Assembly: GCF_001194135.2 (NCBI RefSeq)
Contig: NC_068989.1
Location: 58,395,370 to 58,459,369 of the forward strand
DNA: 64,000 bases
Direction: 5' to 3'
Source of the DNA: Octopus bimaculoides
Lineage: Eukaryota
Position numbers and translations under genes: made by a program. The notes below the pieces were generated by a model that worked only from the letters and a program-made list of their open reading frames with translations, had not been told where the DNA came from and did not search any database. Positions 37,618-50,556 of this stretch are shown piece by piece (the stretch's first letter is position 1; each line of letters begins with the position of its first letter).

Positions 37618-37990
37618 AACTTTAATAGCTTTTCCCAATGTAAAGAAATTAAGTAGTCAGTACTTTGGATATTATTTTGAATCAAATTGACTCTCTGATG
37701 AGCTAATTACAATATTTGCACTGTCAAATGAGCTACTATAAATTTTAATTTATTGTTTAATAAAAGTTTGTATTAAGGTAAAAACTGAAATAGATAAGTG
37801 AAAAGTATTAAATGTGTCATTTCATCATTAAATACTTATTAAATGCTATTGTTTCACCGTGGAACATTTGTAAGGAAAATATTTAATATGTTGATTGATT
37901 AATTCTTCTCTTCAGCTGAGAGTCATTTGTTTGATTTTACTATCATTTTATTATCTGATCAAATAATCCATTGACTTTTAATTCTTTTAG

Positions 37991-38081
37991 GCAGAACCAT
38001 TTTAAGAAGACTGGATCAACTTTGAAATGTATTAATACTTTTCCTAGCTTGCAATCACAAGCAGAGAGATTTTTTAGACTG
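37991..38081 (+). CDS. LCMT2: LCMT2 exon 9
   Basis: CTTTTAG|G completes Met; QNHFKKTGSTLKCINTFPSLQSQAERFFRL|GTGTGT. Confidence 0.9.
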
Positions 38082-38421
38082 GTGTGTATTATAATGTATT
38101 ATTTTATCATTAATGAAATTTAATAATTACAATTATTTGTGCAAGTTTTCTCCATTGCTTGCTGTAAAAAGGTATGTCTATTTTGAACTGATGGATGCAA
38201 TTTATATTATAAAGGCATAATAATTTAGTTTTTTCATATGCTTTTCACGGTTAGTTAAGACTATAGTAGTAAATGTTAAAACTATGGTAAAGATATTGTA
38301 AAATTTAAGAAGTTTCCTTTATAACTTTATAACTTTATTGAATATAATGAAACACCATTTTCTATATTTAGTTTGGTTTCTGGTTAATTAAAATTGTATT
38401 TTGAATTTTCGCTTTGTATAG

Positions 38422-38611
38422 GGTTGGGAAGTGTATAAATGCTGGGATATGAACGATATCTTCTTTAATCTGGTTCCAATGATTGAGAAAGAAGACATTG
38501 AACGAAAAGAGTTATTTGATGAATTTGAAGGATGGCATTTAGTTTGCAGTCACTACACAATTATTTGGGCCAGTATTGGTTCTCCAAATAGCTATTGTCT
38601 TGAAGTTCAAA
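38422..38611 (+). CDS. LCMT2: LCMT2 exon 10
   Basis: TGTATAG| GWEVYKCWDMNDIF...ELFDEFEGWHLVCSHYTIIWAS...LEVQ + A|GTGAGT; matches FDEFEEWHLKCAHY. Confidence 0.96.
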
Positions 38612-38941
38612 GTGAGTCCTTTTTACCATTCAATTTATTTTCTACTTTCGTTAATGCTATTTTAAAATTGTTATATTTATTTCATTGCAACCATCATCAT
38701 CATCATTTAACGTCTGCTTTCCATGTTGGCATGGGTTGGATGGTTGGACGGTTTTTATCACAAAGTCTTTAAATAACGAGTTATTGAACAAATCATATTA
38801 GTTTACTAGGCAATAATAGAATTTAAAAAGTTCATTGAAACATTAAAACTTGTCTTCAGTAACAACTTCATTGATTTCTGCATCTTCACACTGTTTTGAT
38901 CACAGATGAAAAATGTTCCACAAAATATCTGATAATACAAT

Positions 38942-39352
38942 TTAGTTTACGTTATTTACATTTGATGGATATTTGTCCTCATCTTGTTTGTTGTTTACAC
39001 AACGCTTCGGCTGATATACCCTCGAGCCNNNNNNNNNNNNNNNNNNNNNNNNNNNNNNNNNNNNNNNNNNNNNNNNNNNNNNNNNNNNNNNNNNNNNNNN
39101 NNNNNNNNNNNNNNNNNNNNNNNNNNNNNNNNNNNNNNNNNNNNNNGATCTGAATAATAATAATAATAATAACAACATCGAAAAATACTTTAGGAATGAG
39201 AACCCAGGTTCGAAATTTCCCCAAGACACCTGATGAAGGCTGGAGGGTATATCAGCCGAAACATAACAACAAACAAGATGAGGACAAATATCCATCAAAT
39301 GTAAATAATGTAAATAATGTAAAAAAATGTACATAATTCCTCATCTCTTAAA
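38942..39352. mobile_element. Inverted pair of Penelope-like terminal repeats spanning an assembly gap
   Basis: 38942-39028 is the reverse complement of about 39238-39315. The plus copy has CTGATGA-stem-GAAAC, typical of Penelope-like element ends. Family assignment is inferred. Confidence 0.6.
39029..39147. other. Assembly gap
   Basis: Run of N. Confidence 1.
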
Positions 39353-39849
39353 TATAGAATATAATTTAGAGCTATAAATATTAATTAGAGTGTAATTAAA
39401 TTTACCCTTTTAACTTTAAGATTTTTTAGAATTTGTTAACAATAGCAATTTATGTATCTAGATCAGTAGTTTTTAATAATCTATCTACTAAATCATAGTC
39501 TGTGCTTTTATGTACAACTACAGTTTCCACAAAACTAATGATAATTAACAGCTATCTTGATTGCTCCTGCTACTAGCATGTTAACCTCTATGAAACACAG
39601 ATCTTTCACGTCTTATCTTTATTTCATCTCTGTTGTCAAGGTTACCTTCTCTATTCAACTTCACTGTGAAAGGTGATATCTGCAAATATGTAGATTACCC
39701 CCTCCCTCTCTCTACCACTCATGTCTCATCTTGATATCAGCAGCAAGGATTTTCAGTTGGTCTACTTCAAAAAAATTTTGCTACTCATTTTCCCAAATAC
39801 ATATTCTCTGAACTCCTCTCTCCACCACCAAATCTCCCTGTATTACGGA

Positions 39850-42330
39850 CATCTGTTTCACTTCACTCTTTTTTTTTAACTCATCATTCTTGGTAACTTT
39901 GGCGTTTCAATTTCTTCATGTCTCTTATACTTATGCTTCATTAATGTTGCTATTGCAGAAACCAAATCTTTTACAAGCCTTACTTCTTTATGAAAGTTAT
40001 TTTCATCCCTTACATGCATCCCTAACTAACATACAAGCACTCTAAACAACTTTGCTGTATCTCACTTCCAAACCCAGCCTCTACCAAACTATCATTATCT
40101 CTGCACATATTAAACCACCCAACTATGGCCTTATGACTATCCATCCAACGCATCTACAAACTAAGCAATGTCCTCCACTTCCTACACCTTATAGCATATC
40201 AAGTCAAGAGATTAGTTACAGTCCTTCCAGTTCTATGCTAATTATACCTGGCAGTGCATGCATTTCACTTCTAAGCTGTTGACCAAAACCATTTTCTTAG
40301 GTAAGTCAACTCCATTTCTCACGTGTAGTTCACTTGTAGCTGCAACAGTATTAACCAAGAATATGGTCTACAAAACTTGGGAAAAAAAAATCAATCACCA
40401 CTAAAATCTGGATATGTTTTATCCACTATTTTGATTCTTGCAAAACCATTATCTGAAAAGCAAAAGATGTCTACCTCTGTGCATGGCATGGCTCAGCCAC
40501 ATCACAGCTGATCCTTCTAGTCATTTGCTAAAAGTATCTCTACTAGCCTTGTGGTATTATTCAGCTTCCACTTCTCAATTATGATGGCTCTGTACATCTA
40601 CAGAGAAAGAAAGCCTCCACATTTGTTGCCTGCTCTGCATCCAACTCCAGACTACATGTGCTTGGTAAAACTCCTCCAAAACTCACCCTCTCTATTATAA
40701 AAAAACTCATCATTACATACTCATACATTGTAAAAGAACTTACAATCACTTAAAATCAACAAGGCTACCAGCAATGTTGCTGTTCCTTCCATTATTCCCA
40801 AATAATGCACCCTCAAAATTCAACCCCTTTTGCCCAACTCTTTAGCCTCTCTTTTCAAGGATCACTTCTGATCTTTGGAAACAGTATGTATACCTTTTTT
40901 GGAAGGGTAGCCCTTTTGATCCTGCCAACTATCATCCATTCACTCACATATTCAACACCTCAAAGGTAATACAACAACCTTCTCCAACATTTTGACTCTC
41001 TCTCTCTCTCTCTCATTAATGACTACCACTATGGTTTTTGTAAAGCCAGATCTACTGGAGATCTTGTATCATTTACCTCTGAACACTTGTCCATGAGAAA
41101 TTTAGCGTACACAGTGTTTTTTGCATTTGACATCAGTAAACTCTTCAACTATGTTTGGCATGCAAATCTCCTGGCTAAACTTCCTACAAGTTCCATCCAT
41201 TTTTCATCCCTTGAAGCAGATTTCTGCCAGATCACACCTTAGCAGTGCATACTGATAGAGCTCTTTTTGGCCTCAAGGTTCAGTTATGTCTCTTCACATC
41301 AATAATCTACTTTTAAACACTTCAGCTTCAATGCAGATGATATCACCCTTTACTCATCTTCAACTTTCAGCACTCAAGCATCATCCACATTGAATGTAGA
41401 CACTTCATATCATACCTGCTCTACTTCCACAAACTGAGACCTTGACTGTGTTCTCCAATGGGATCATATCAATCTTATTGTCTTCAATAAAACAGAGGCA
41501 CAATAACAACACATATCAAATGGTATATATCTTGTACTCTAGCTCGTCTAACCTGGGGCAAAATGCAAATAAACCTTAAAAATTATAACAAATACTTACT
41601 CTCACAGTTACTGATGATCCCTTATCTGGTGGTCAATGTGGAAACTAGGGATAGATGAGTGGTTGGTGAGAGCTGGACAAGTCATCTACAGGGATGCTGT
41701 CAGTGAGGTGAGGGTTGGCAATGAGAATAGCAAAGAATTCAGGGTACAAGTAGGGGTTCACCAAGGATCAGTCCTCAAACCCCTCTTATTCATCATAGTC
41801 CTCCAGGCAATAACAGGGAAATTCAAGACAGGCTGCTCCTAGGAGCTCCTCTATGCTGATGACTGAATCTCTACAATATGATGAAAACTGCATCCCAAAG
41901 ACTGGTTTCCTTTTTAGGCCAGAAAATATTTCAGCTCTTATCAGTTACTAATTCTCAAGTGATACCCTTAATAGAATATTACTTTCACATCTAGGATGGC
42001 AGCACAGTTGCACAGACAAACATCTTAGACTGCATTCAGAAAAAGTTCATCTAACCAACTTGGCCTGGTGTCTTTCTCCAACATCTGTACCTTGGAGCTG
42101 GTTGGTCTCGTGTCACTTCCACTTAAGGAGAAACAAATGATTTGGATGGCTCATTTGTTTTTCTTCCTCCTTCTATTATTCATAGATAACCATTTCACCC
42201 CCACCCTAGCTCATCGTCTCTTTGAATGGAATTCCTTCTCTTCTCTGTTTCTTGTAGTCATTAAAGTGCGGTTATAAAAAAAACATCAATCAATGACCTC
42301 ACCACTCTCAGAGTATCTGTAAAGGCCATG
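39850..42330 (+). mobile_element. Degenerate CR1/L2-group LINE, interrupted by an RTE fragment
   Basis: Decayed RT motifs DPANYHP (about 40918), FDISKLFNYVWH (about 41126) and ADDITL (about 41336). Edges approximate. Confidence 0.55.
41620..41865 (+). mobile_element. RTE-like LINE reverse-transcriptase fragment
   Basis: GVHQGSVLKPLLFIIVL followed by ELLYADD; nested in a CR1-like element. Confidence 0.8.
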
Positions 42331-42854
42331 GGCTCCTTCCTACAGCTGTCCTGCCCAAAAAGAAATTTAGCCATTTATTTGATCTTTTGAAGATTTTCTA
42401 TGTTTTAAGCAAATTATTTTGAAATCTTCAGAAATTTAACAAATAATATTGTTTAAATGCTAAATTTAATAAATTGATTTCATGCAGTTTACTCTAGAAA
42501 ATTTCTAATTTTGAACAAGAATTCAGAATGATCCTTTAATAATAGGGCACTCCCTACTGTCTCTGTCCAAATATATTTTAATCAATATAATTATGATGAA
42601 TCTTCAAGATGTTTGATTTCACATACAGGCAATTTCACAAACTTTTGATGTGATCTGTCTTTTTCTATTAATTAAAGGAAGAGGGCATTTGAGGCAGAAG
42701 AAGCTGGCTGTGAGCTTGTGGTTGCTTTGGCTTGAGAGTATTTGATAATCAATCAAATGGCCTCCTTTGTTACTGTAGACAATGCTTGCACATGTAGCAA
42801 TAGAACAGTTGAATTGCTTATAATAAGCAACCAATCATTAAGTTTTAAATATTT

Positions 42855-43195
42855 TCAGGCAGTGTGTGAGAGAAAATCATGATGTCATAGGAAAAAAATG
42901 TGTCTGCATGGATGATGGTTCACTTGCATTTAATGATTCTGCAAAGAAAGAGGCTTAGAAATACCATTATGAAAGGCTGCTAAAGAAAGAGAATGAATGG
43001 GAGGAGAGTGTGCCAAATGTTAACCCAACTGAGGGATCAGCTATCTGAATTGATAGTACCTTGGTAGATAAAGCAATTAAGGATATGAAGACGGAAAGCC
43101 CCTGGCCCATCAGGAATCACCGCTGAGATGCTTAAAATATCTGGCGGTGTGGATTATGGTTTAGTCACCTGTATAGTTAACCAGGTGGTATCAGA
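42855..43195 (+). mobile_element. RTE-like LINE fragment
   Basis: Nucleotide and peptide similarity to 4073-4324 and 59587-59784 (DDGSLAFN..AKK.AW..HYERLL). Confidence 0.7.
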
Positions 43196-43670
43196 CAATA
43201 TGAAAGAAATTTGGACAATTATGAGGCAGTGGTCAGACTATTCACTGGTGATTGAGACAAAGATGAGTAGGTTCTTGAGGTGAACAAAAAAATTAATCGT
43301 TGTTGGTAGAGTCAGAAATAAGTTGGATTATAGATTGTAACCAGAATAGCTGATCGTTAAAGATGTATGATAAAAAGTTTTTGTTTTGGAGAGAGATAAG
43401 ATATATAGCTTGCATGTTAGCAGCAGATGATGGGTACAATAAAATTGGACTGAAGTCTATGGGTAGTGCTAGAGGTGTATGTTCAAGGTTGCTTCAGATA
43501 TTTCAACAAAGTATTACAGAGAAATAGAGAAGGTTAAATGCATATTTTAATGAATACAATTCATCTAATATTATTTTAATTTCAAAATTGTTTTTATTAA
43601 TGGATAAGAAATTTTATTAAATACTGTTTAGAAAATGGTTTTATATATTTTAAATGGTTTTCTATTTCAG

Positions 43671-43940
43671 AAAAAATTGATACTGTATACCGAAGTACTA
43701 CAATTGCAACAAAACAGACCCAGATTAATGAAAGAACTATACAATTGTTGAATTCATCAGAGACAATTATGAGATTTGGACATTCATGTGCTGTAATTCC
43801 TTCAGGGTTGTTAGTCATATATGGAGGATTTGGAATGGAAAATTCACATCATCAGCGATTGTCTAATATTTCAATAGTTGAACTGAAATCTTGGGAAATG
43901 GTGAAGATTTCAACATCAAAATTTGAAAAACAAACAGAAG
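43671..43940 (+). CDS. LCMT2: LCMT2 exon 11 (start of Kelch domain)
   Basis: TTTCAG|AA; ...MRFGHSCAVIPSGLLVIYGGFGMENSHHQRLS...KQTE + G|GTTTTT; Kelch R.GH and GG motifs. The donor is weaker but phase-consistent. Confidence 0.9.
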
Positions 43941-44014
43941 GTTTTTGTCAGTTTTTCAATATGTAAAAGGAAAAAAAAATGATATTTTAAGATTTTCATT
44001 AAGTTTGGTGTTAA

Positions 44015-44234
44015 CTCTTTCGTTACCAACCCAGCTGAAACCGGCTCTGGCTCTGAGTACAGATGTCTTGTTTTCATAAGTTTTGAATTAAAATCTTCCA
44101 CCAGACCTTAGTCCCAATTTATGTTCCTAACACTAGCTGAATGATAACTAAGTTATTTTACTAAATTCTTTGTTATATTTAAAGTAATTGAAAGAAACAC
44201 AGAGCATCTCAAAATAAATACGGTAATGAAAGGG
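44015..44234. mobile_element. piggyBac-type MITE in LCMT2 intron 11
   Basis: TTAA|CTCTTTCGTTACC ... GGTAATGAAAGGG|TTAA: TTAA TSDs and imperfect TIRs. Confidence 0.8.
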
Positions 44235-44385
44235 TTAATGAACTAATTGGAATATTTTAGAGTATATTTTGAAGATGCTGTATTTAAGATTTAATGCTTG
44301 TTTTAACATTCTTGGTGTTAGATTCCTTTAGTATTTGTGATATTAAAAGTTGAAATAATGTTAAATTTTCTTTTTCTTTTTTTAG

Positions 44386-44688
44386 TGGCTCGTATGTATC
44401 ACACAAGTATTGTCTTATCTCATAACACAATTTTCTTATTTGGTGGAAGAACCTCTCCTCGCAAAGCATGCCAAGATGCCATTTTAATAAAACTTGAAGG
44501 ACTAACACATAACTCCAGTGATCTTGGTTCTACAACTGCTACTCATGATGAAGATGAGCAAATATTGGATCCCCTGAAATTTGATTTAAGATCAAGTTCT
44601 TATAATGTGACATTTAAGAAAGTAAAAATGTATGGAGAACAACCTTGTGCAAGATGGCGGCATACAGCTACAGTATTCCAGAAAAATG
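44386..44688 (+). CDS. LCMT2: LCMT2 exon 12
   Basis: TTTTTAG|TG; VARMYHTSIVLSHNTIFLFGGRTSP...PCARWRHTATVFQKN + G|GTAATT; Kelch repeats. Confidence 0.95.
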
Positions 44689-45289
44689 GTAATTATTACA
44701 TTAGAAATTCATTCAAATTTATTTTGAAATTAACTCTGTTAGTATCAACGTTGTTCATTTTAAACATTTTGGGGGATGAGTAATCATTAAGCGTTTAACA
44801 TTTAAACTGGCCATATCTGACCAAAATAATCTACCTGCATTATCTTCAAACTGACCAGACCCAAGCCTTTCACATTTACCCTACAATATTATTCTAAAAA
44901 TAAACAATCATGTCATTGAAATTTCAAAGCTACAGAGTAATGCATGACTAATTCATATCAATGTGAATTAGATTTGACAGAGAAACCCGAATGCTAAAAG
45001 ATTAAATCAACCCTAGTTCTTACCTTATCAACTCCAGATGTCAACATATGGAAAATTACACAACCAAATAACACAAATTCTATTTGGTGCTCTACTGATT
45101 CCAGTGTCAAATGACTCCTTAAATGTTAACATTTATTAATATCAGTTTTGTCTTGCACAAAGTATAAAGTGTGGCAGTGTTGCTACTCTAGATAATGACA
45201 CTAAATAAATAATGACTGCTTCTTTCATTAATCTGTTATGTGTTTTAAAGTTACTGTGTTATATTATGGTCACAGTGTAACTTACTGGT

Positions 45290-46700
45290 TAAAAAGTTTA
45301 CTTTGCAATCATAGTGCTCTAAGATTCAATCCTTCTCTGTCATAAGCAGCATCAAAGTGGGTGTAATTGGATGTTGTGGCAAGTAGGTCATTGATGTACT
45401 GAAGGATGAGAGTGGGGAACATATCCAAAACTTGGAGTACAACAGAGTTAATTAAAAATGGGGCGGAAAAATCTCCATCAACATGATACAATGGTGTGAT
45501 CTGACAGGAAGGTACTGATTCAAGAGATCAGAGATCAGTGTAGCTTGAAGGTAAAAAGTTTTGATAGGAAAATCACATGCCAGACTCAGTTGATGGATTT
45601 GCTGGTATCTAAGGCAACAACAGTTCATTTGTTAAAGTTCTCAAGTGAAAGCCCATTGATGAGTGACATAGAAGAGTAGGTCTTTAGTGGGTCTGGCTCT
45701 GTGGAAGCCATACAGGTGGTGACTAAGGAGAGACAGGGAAAGAAAAAGGGAGATTCAAAGTGTTGGCATAAGTCATTGTTAATGGCAATAGTTGGCTGGG
45801 TCAGAGGGGTTGCCTTTCTTTGGAATAGAGCTCACATTTGGAAGAGTGCTTCCAGATGTGAGGGTATATCCTTGTAGAGTGTGAGAGACTAATGAGTTTG
45901 GTGGGTCTTTGAACAAGTTCTAGGTTACAATGTTTGAATGTAAAGGAAGGGGTTTTGTTAGAGTCAGTGGCCTTGTTTAAAGAAACAGGAGGTATTTTTG
46001 CACTTGGCATATCTGTATTTGAGGTAGGGAGCCTGGTGAAGTGGCAGGTAAAAGATTTGAAGGACATTGGCCAAAGATGTGAAGTTGAATGCTAAGTGAG
46101 CTACAAGGTATTGCTTACAGAGCCATCATTGTTTAGAAGTGGAGGAAAAGAGGACTCTTATACAAAGTTGGAGATTTTTTGTGGGGACCAGAAGGATTAG
46201 CTGCAATTTGGAAGGCAAGAAAGCTTGAGGGCTGTATGAAACATAAAGGCAGTAGTCTTACATGGGTTGCACTGCTGGATAAATACCACCCATTTTGGTG
46301 AGTGGGTAAGATTCTTTAGGCAGTGTAGGCTTTGTTTTTGTATTTCAACAGTTGCAGTGCAACTTTGAGTAAAAACCTTATGGGGAAACTTTGGATATTG
46401 AGTTCTTGTTGTATGGTGAATGTGAAGGGACATATCTAAAAGGATGGCTTCAATCATCCACTTATTTGTTTCATGATGAATCAGAAGTGAAACCTGTGTG
46501 CTGCCAGGGATAACTGGTATGTAATTATCAGAACTCCAGTTGGTCAAGTGCCATAGAGTCTAGGAAGAAGTGGGGTGCTGCATAACATGACTGTGTGTTG
46601 GGTAGTTGCACTGAAACAGTTGTTAGATGATTCAGTTGGTGCAGAGACAGTTACGGTTTAGTAGAGATTAGGTTTTGCTGTAAACAGAGACCAAGTGTAT
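45290..46700 (-). mobile_element. Degenerate CR1/L2-group LINE
   Basis: Minus-strand remnants resemble 39850-41560; many stops. Edges approximate. Confidence 0.5.
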
Positions 46701-47441
46701 TTGGGATGTCAATGTGTTGGGCTGGAATATGAGTAAGGGATGAAACAAGATGGTGTAAAAAAATTGAGAATAGCAAAAGATTTGGCTTTTGCACTGGTAG
46801 AATTGTTATGGGCTGACTTCAACACACACAATTCCACAAGGAATTATGAGCATTGACATTACTCAATCATTTTTTTCCCTATGGACCCCTTTGACTCTTA
46901 TTTTACTCTACTGCACCTTCATGCTCATTCAGTTTTTAAAATATTATTAGGAATTCTATAAAAAAACTTGTTAAAATATTTTGTGTATTGTAGAAGTATA
47001 ACCAGTTTTATTGCCCATAAATTTTATGTGGACCCCCAAGGGTCATATGGATGCTTGTTGAGAACCACTGCTGTAGGTGATGTTTTTGGAAAGGGTTGAA
47101 ATGTTCTCAATGCAGGAAGAGGTATGGTTAAAGAGTTGCTGGTAGTTGAAGGAGTCTGGATAGTAACAGAGGAAGTGTATGTATTTAAGGGAGTGATGGA
47201 GGGAAAGGGAGATACACTTTGAATTAAATACAATGAAAAAGAAGGGGAGTGTCCAAAATCTTGCCCAAACATTTGAAAATTTAAAGATTGCATGGAAACT
47301 TTTTCATTCAAACATACTCAGAACTTCTTAGTTTTACTAACTTTTTAAAGAATTACAATTAAAATTGTAATGGTTTGGACATTTATTATTGGAGAAAAGA
47401 TTTATTTGTATGTAACTGGAAGATTTTTTTTTCATTGAAAG

Positions 47442-47539
47442 GTCATCCACAGATGATTGTATATGGAGGACGAACAGAACAACATAATTCCCTTGACGAT
47501 TGTTATATTTTAGATTTAAATTCATGGCATTGGTCTAAG
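47442..47539 (+). CDS. LCMT2: LCMT2 exon 13
   Basis: TGAAAG|GT; GHPQMIVYGGRTEQHNSLDDCYILDLNSWHWSK|GTTTGT. Confidence 0.92.
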
Positions 47540-48703
47540 GTTTGTTATGAGTTTTATATTTTTTGCATAGATTAGGGTGGTAGAGGTGGTAAGAACAGAA
47601 GCATACCATTTAGGCTTTTTCTAATTTAATACCTTATTTGTCCAAGTTAAAATTTCCAATATTGCTTGTATTTTACTTTTTTGGTATAAAATGGATATAA
47701 TTTTTTATTTTTTATTTAGATTTTGGGTCTCTCATTTTATTAGTGGGATTCGGATGTCTCTCACTTTCCCTTGATTAGTATATTTCAAATATTTAGTGAA
47801 GATTATGTTTTGATTTTATCCTCTTGAAATATACTTTTATTTGGAGTAAAGATTATTTGCCAATATAACATGGCAGTCCTGGTTTAGGACGAATGTTGCT
47901 GTAATTTAACCCTAGGAGACATCGTCTCCAGCTGGCTATATGACACAATCTGTGTCCTTATATTTTCAAACAAGGGAATCTAGCACCCCCACTCAGCTCA
48001 AAACAATATCTGTGTATCATGATTTCTAGGTTATTTCCCTTCATCAGCCCAGAATAATTGTTCGGCTAGAGGTGGTGCTGCCAAATTCTCATTCGAAATA
48101 TATAGTTTTCAAAGTGACAGCCAGTCACTGATCTATGAATTAGAAAATTGCTATTTGTAAATCTCACAACGGAAATCGCGATACACAGATATTGTTTTAA
48201 GCTGAGTGGGGGTGCTAGATTCTCTTGTTTGAAAATCGAAGGACACAGATCGTGTCGTATAGCCAGCTGGAGACGATGTCTCCTGGAGCTAAATTACAGC
48301 AACATTCGTCCTAAGCCAGGACTGCCATGTTATGTTGGCAAATAATCTCTACTCCAAAGTACTGTTGCTGAATATCTCTCATTGTGAGATTTACAAATAG
48401 TAATTTTCTAATATTTTTATTTGCCTGTATTTAATGTAATGTTTAAATTTGTGAGCAGAGTTTAAATTTATAAATTTACTTTCATTTTCTTTGTCAAACA
48501 AAACAAAAAAGTAAAAGCAAAAATCATATGATGAAGTGAATACATTTTTATGTTTCTGTATGAATACATTGGGATGGGTTGAATAATTGGTCTGAGAAGA
48601 GATGGGCCATTGTTTCCAAAGCTATTTTATGTAGATAAGTTTGTGGAACAATAACTAAGAGACTCACAAAGTGTTATATGTTTGTGTGCCACAAAGAGAA
48701 TTC

Positions 48704-48831
48704 GGTAATTTTTCAGATTAACACCTGCATGATTACCTAACCCTGACCCTAACCCTAACCCTAATACTAACCCTGACCCTAACCCTAACACCCTAGTGAA
48801 AATTGTGCGGGTGTTAATCTGAAAAATTACC
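48704..48831. mobile_element. Merlin-type MITE with internal CCCTAA array (LCMT2 intron 13)
   Basis: 26-bp TIR GGTAATTTTTCAGATTAACACC(T/C)GCA with 1 mismatch; exact 8-bp TSD GAGAATTC at 48696-48703 and 48832-48839. Superfamily inferred from GGNRM ends plus 8-bp TSD. Confidence 0.8.
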
Positions 48832-49421
48832 GAGAATTCTAATGTTTCAAGCCAGTCTACTTACTCAATCTGCTGTGATGCATATTGGTAGAGCTAAGTT
48901 AGAATACAGAGTTTACATCTGATGTAAATATTTTTACCATTTTGCTGTGCGTGAGAAGACCCGGCAAGCCAAGTGAGACCAAAATCCAAGGCCTCTGCCA
49001 GGGATGTAACCAACCTACTTATGCATACCTTCAGCCTACACTTCATCCCCATTATTTTCTTCTCAATTAAATCATTAATAAATGTAACTTGTACAACACT
49101 ATAGATTTTGAAGAGACGGCAATAAGCTTAATATTTGCTTATAATACTTGCTTAATGTTGCTGTCTCTTGGAGAGCTACTGTCTTTGTGAACCATGTGTT
49201 TAGATGGTATCCTTAGATATTCAAATAAGAATAGCAGTATTTGGTATAAGATATTTCCTTAAGGGAAATGTGGTAACAATTTACATATCTTGTATACTGA
49301 AATGTGCTCTTGGCCATAAACTGAAATATAAAAGACAGACTTGGTTATAATATTCCTGGTTCATAAATTCCTCTCTATTAAAATAACCATTAAATATTTA
49401 ACAATTTTCTTTCTACTGAAG

Positions 49422-49606
49422 GTTGATCCATGTGGTAGTAAGCTAATGGGGCTACACAGTCATACCAGTTGCTTATGGAAGAACAGGTGGCTGGTATTAG
49501 CTGGTGGACTTACAGAACAATTGATACCCTCCAAAGATATATATCTACTTGATTTATATACATTTCAATGGAAGGCTCTAGATGTTTCTGGTGTTTTATA
49601 TCCACG
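49422..49606 (+). CDS. LCMT2: LCMT2 exon 14
   Basis: CTGAAG| VDPCGSKLMGLHSHTSCLWKNRWLVLAGGLTEQ...GVLYP + CG|GTAACT; HSH and AGGL Kelch motifs. Confidence 0.93.
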
Positions 49607-49650
49607 GTAACTATAACTTTTAATATTCAATATATTTAAAAAATTTTAAA

Positions 49651-49873
49651 GGTGGTGAGCTGGCAGAATCGTTAGCACCCCAGGCAAAATGCTTAGTGGA
49701 ATTTCGTCTGCTGCTATGTTCTGAGTTAAAATTCTGCCAAGGTCAACTTTGCCTGTCATCCTTTCGGGGTCAATTAAATAAGTACCAATTTATGCACTGG
49801 GGTTGATGTAATCGACTTAATCCCTTTGTTTGTCCACTCTGTGTTTAGTCCCTTGTGGGCAATAAAGAAATAA
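49651..49873 (+). mobile_element. tRNA-derived SINE (family C)
   Basis: GGTGGTGAGCTGGCAGAATCGTTAGCAC...CATCCTTTCGGGGTC...AATAAAGAAATA; fragments at about 30380, 34810, 53560, 60945. Confidence 0.75.
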
Positions 49874-50426
49874 ATATATTTTTAAATTGATTCATTTATT
49901 CCCAACAGAATATTTAATCTATTTTATTGTTTTCTCTGTTATTACAAAACTAAGAAGTCATAGTTACATTTAAGGAGTTATTGAAGTTTTCCAGGGTAAA
50001 AGAGAAACTTACTTTTATCAAATATTGAGGGGAAAAAAAAAGAAAAATGTGAAATAATATCCTAATATGTTGGGCCTCACAGATGCAACGTCATTTTAAA
50101 ACGGGTTTTAAAATGACCTCAGCAATGCTGATGCAACAATGAGGTGGTGCAACTTAAGCTGAGAGTTTTTCCTGACTGCTGTAATGGTAGAAAACAAATG
50201 AAATTTATAAATGAGTTTAATCATTTAAATGTACCCTATGTAATTAAATATAGCAACATAGTTTGAATATAGACACAAGTTGTGTAGACAATATTTCATA
50301 ATGGCTTAGGTTAAAATAGATTAGTTGATCAGCTGAATACTTTATTTTTGTTTAAACAATTTATTGCTGTATTGTTGCTTTTAAAAAAAACATTTAGACT
50401 TCCATTTTTTTGCTTTTATTTTCCAG

Positions 50427-50556
50427 ATATTCTCATACAGCTCATGTTATTGATGATAACCTCTTTCTTATTGGTGGTGTAAATCTGGAACATTTCTCAC
50501 CAGGGATTGCTGTTATTAATCTTCAATCTGGAGAGTCACAAGAATTTGCTTTAACG
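50427..50556 (+). CDS. LCMT2: LCMT2 exon 15
   Basis: TTTCCAG|A; RYSHTAHVIDDNLFLIGGVNLEHFSPGIAVINLQSGESQEFALT|GTTAGT; matches PRYSHTAHV. Confidence 0.95.

Noticed and set aside
48730-48795. Chromosome end or telomere-fusion scar
   Set aside because: The CCCTAA arrays here and at 56530-56635 are short, degenerate and enclosed by TIRs and TSDs, so they are transposon cargo.
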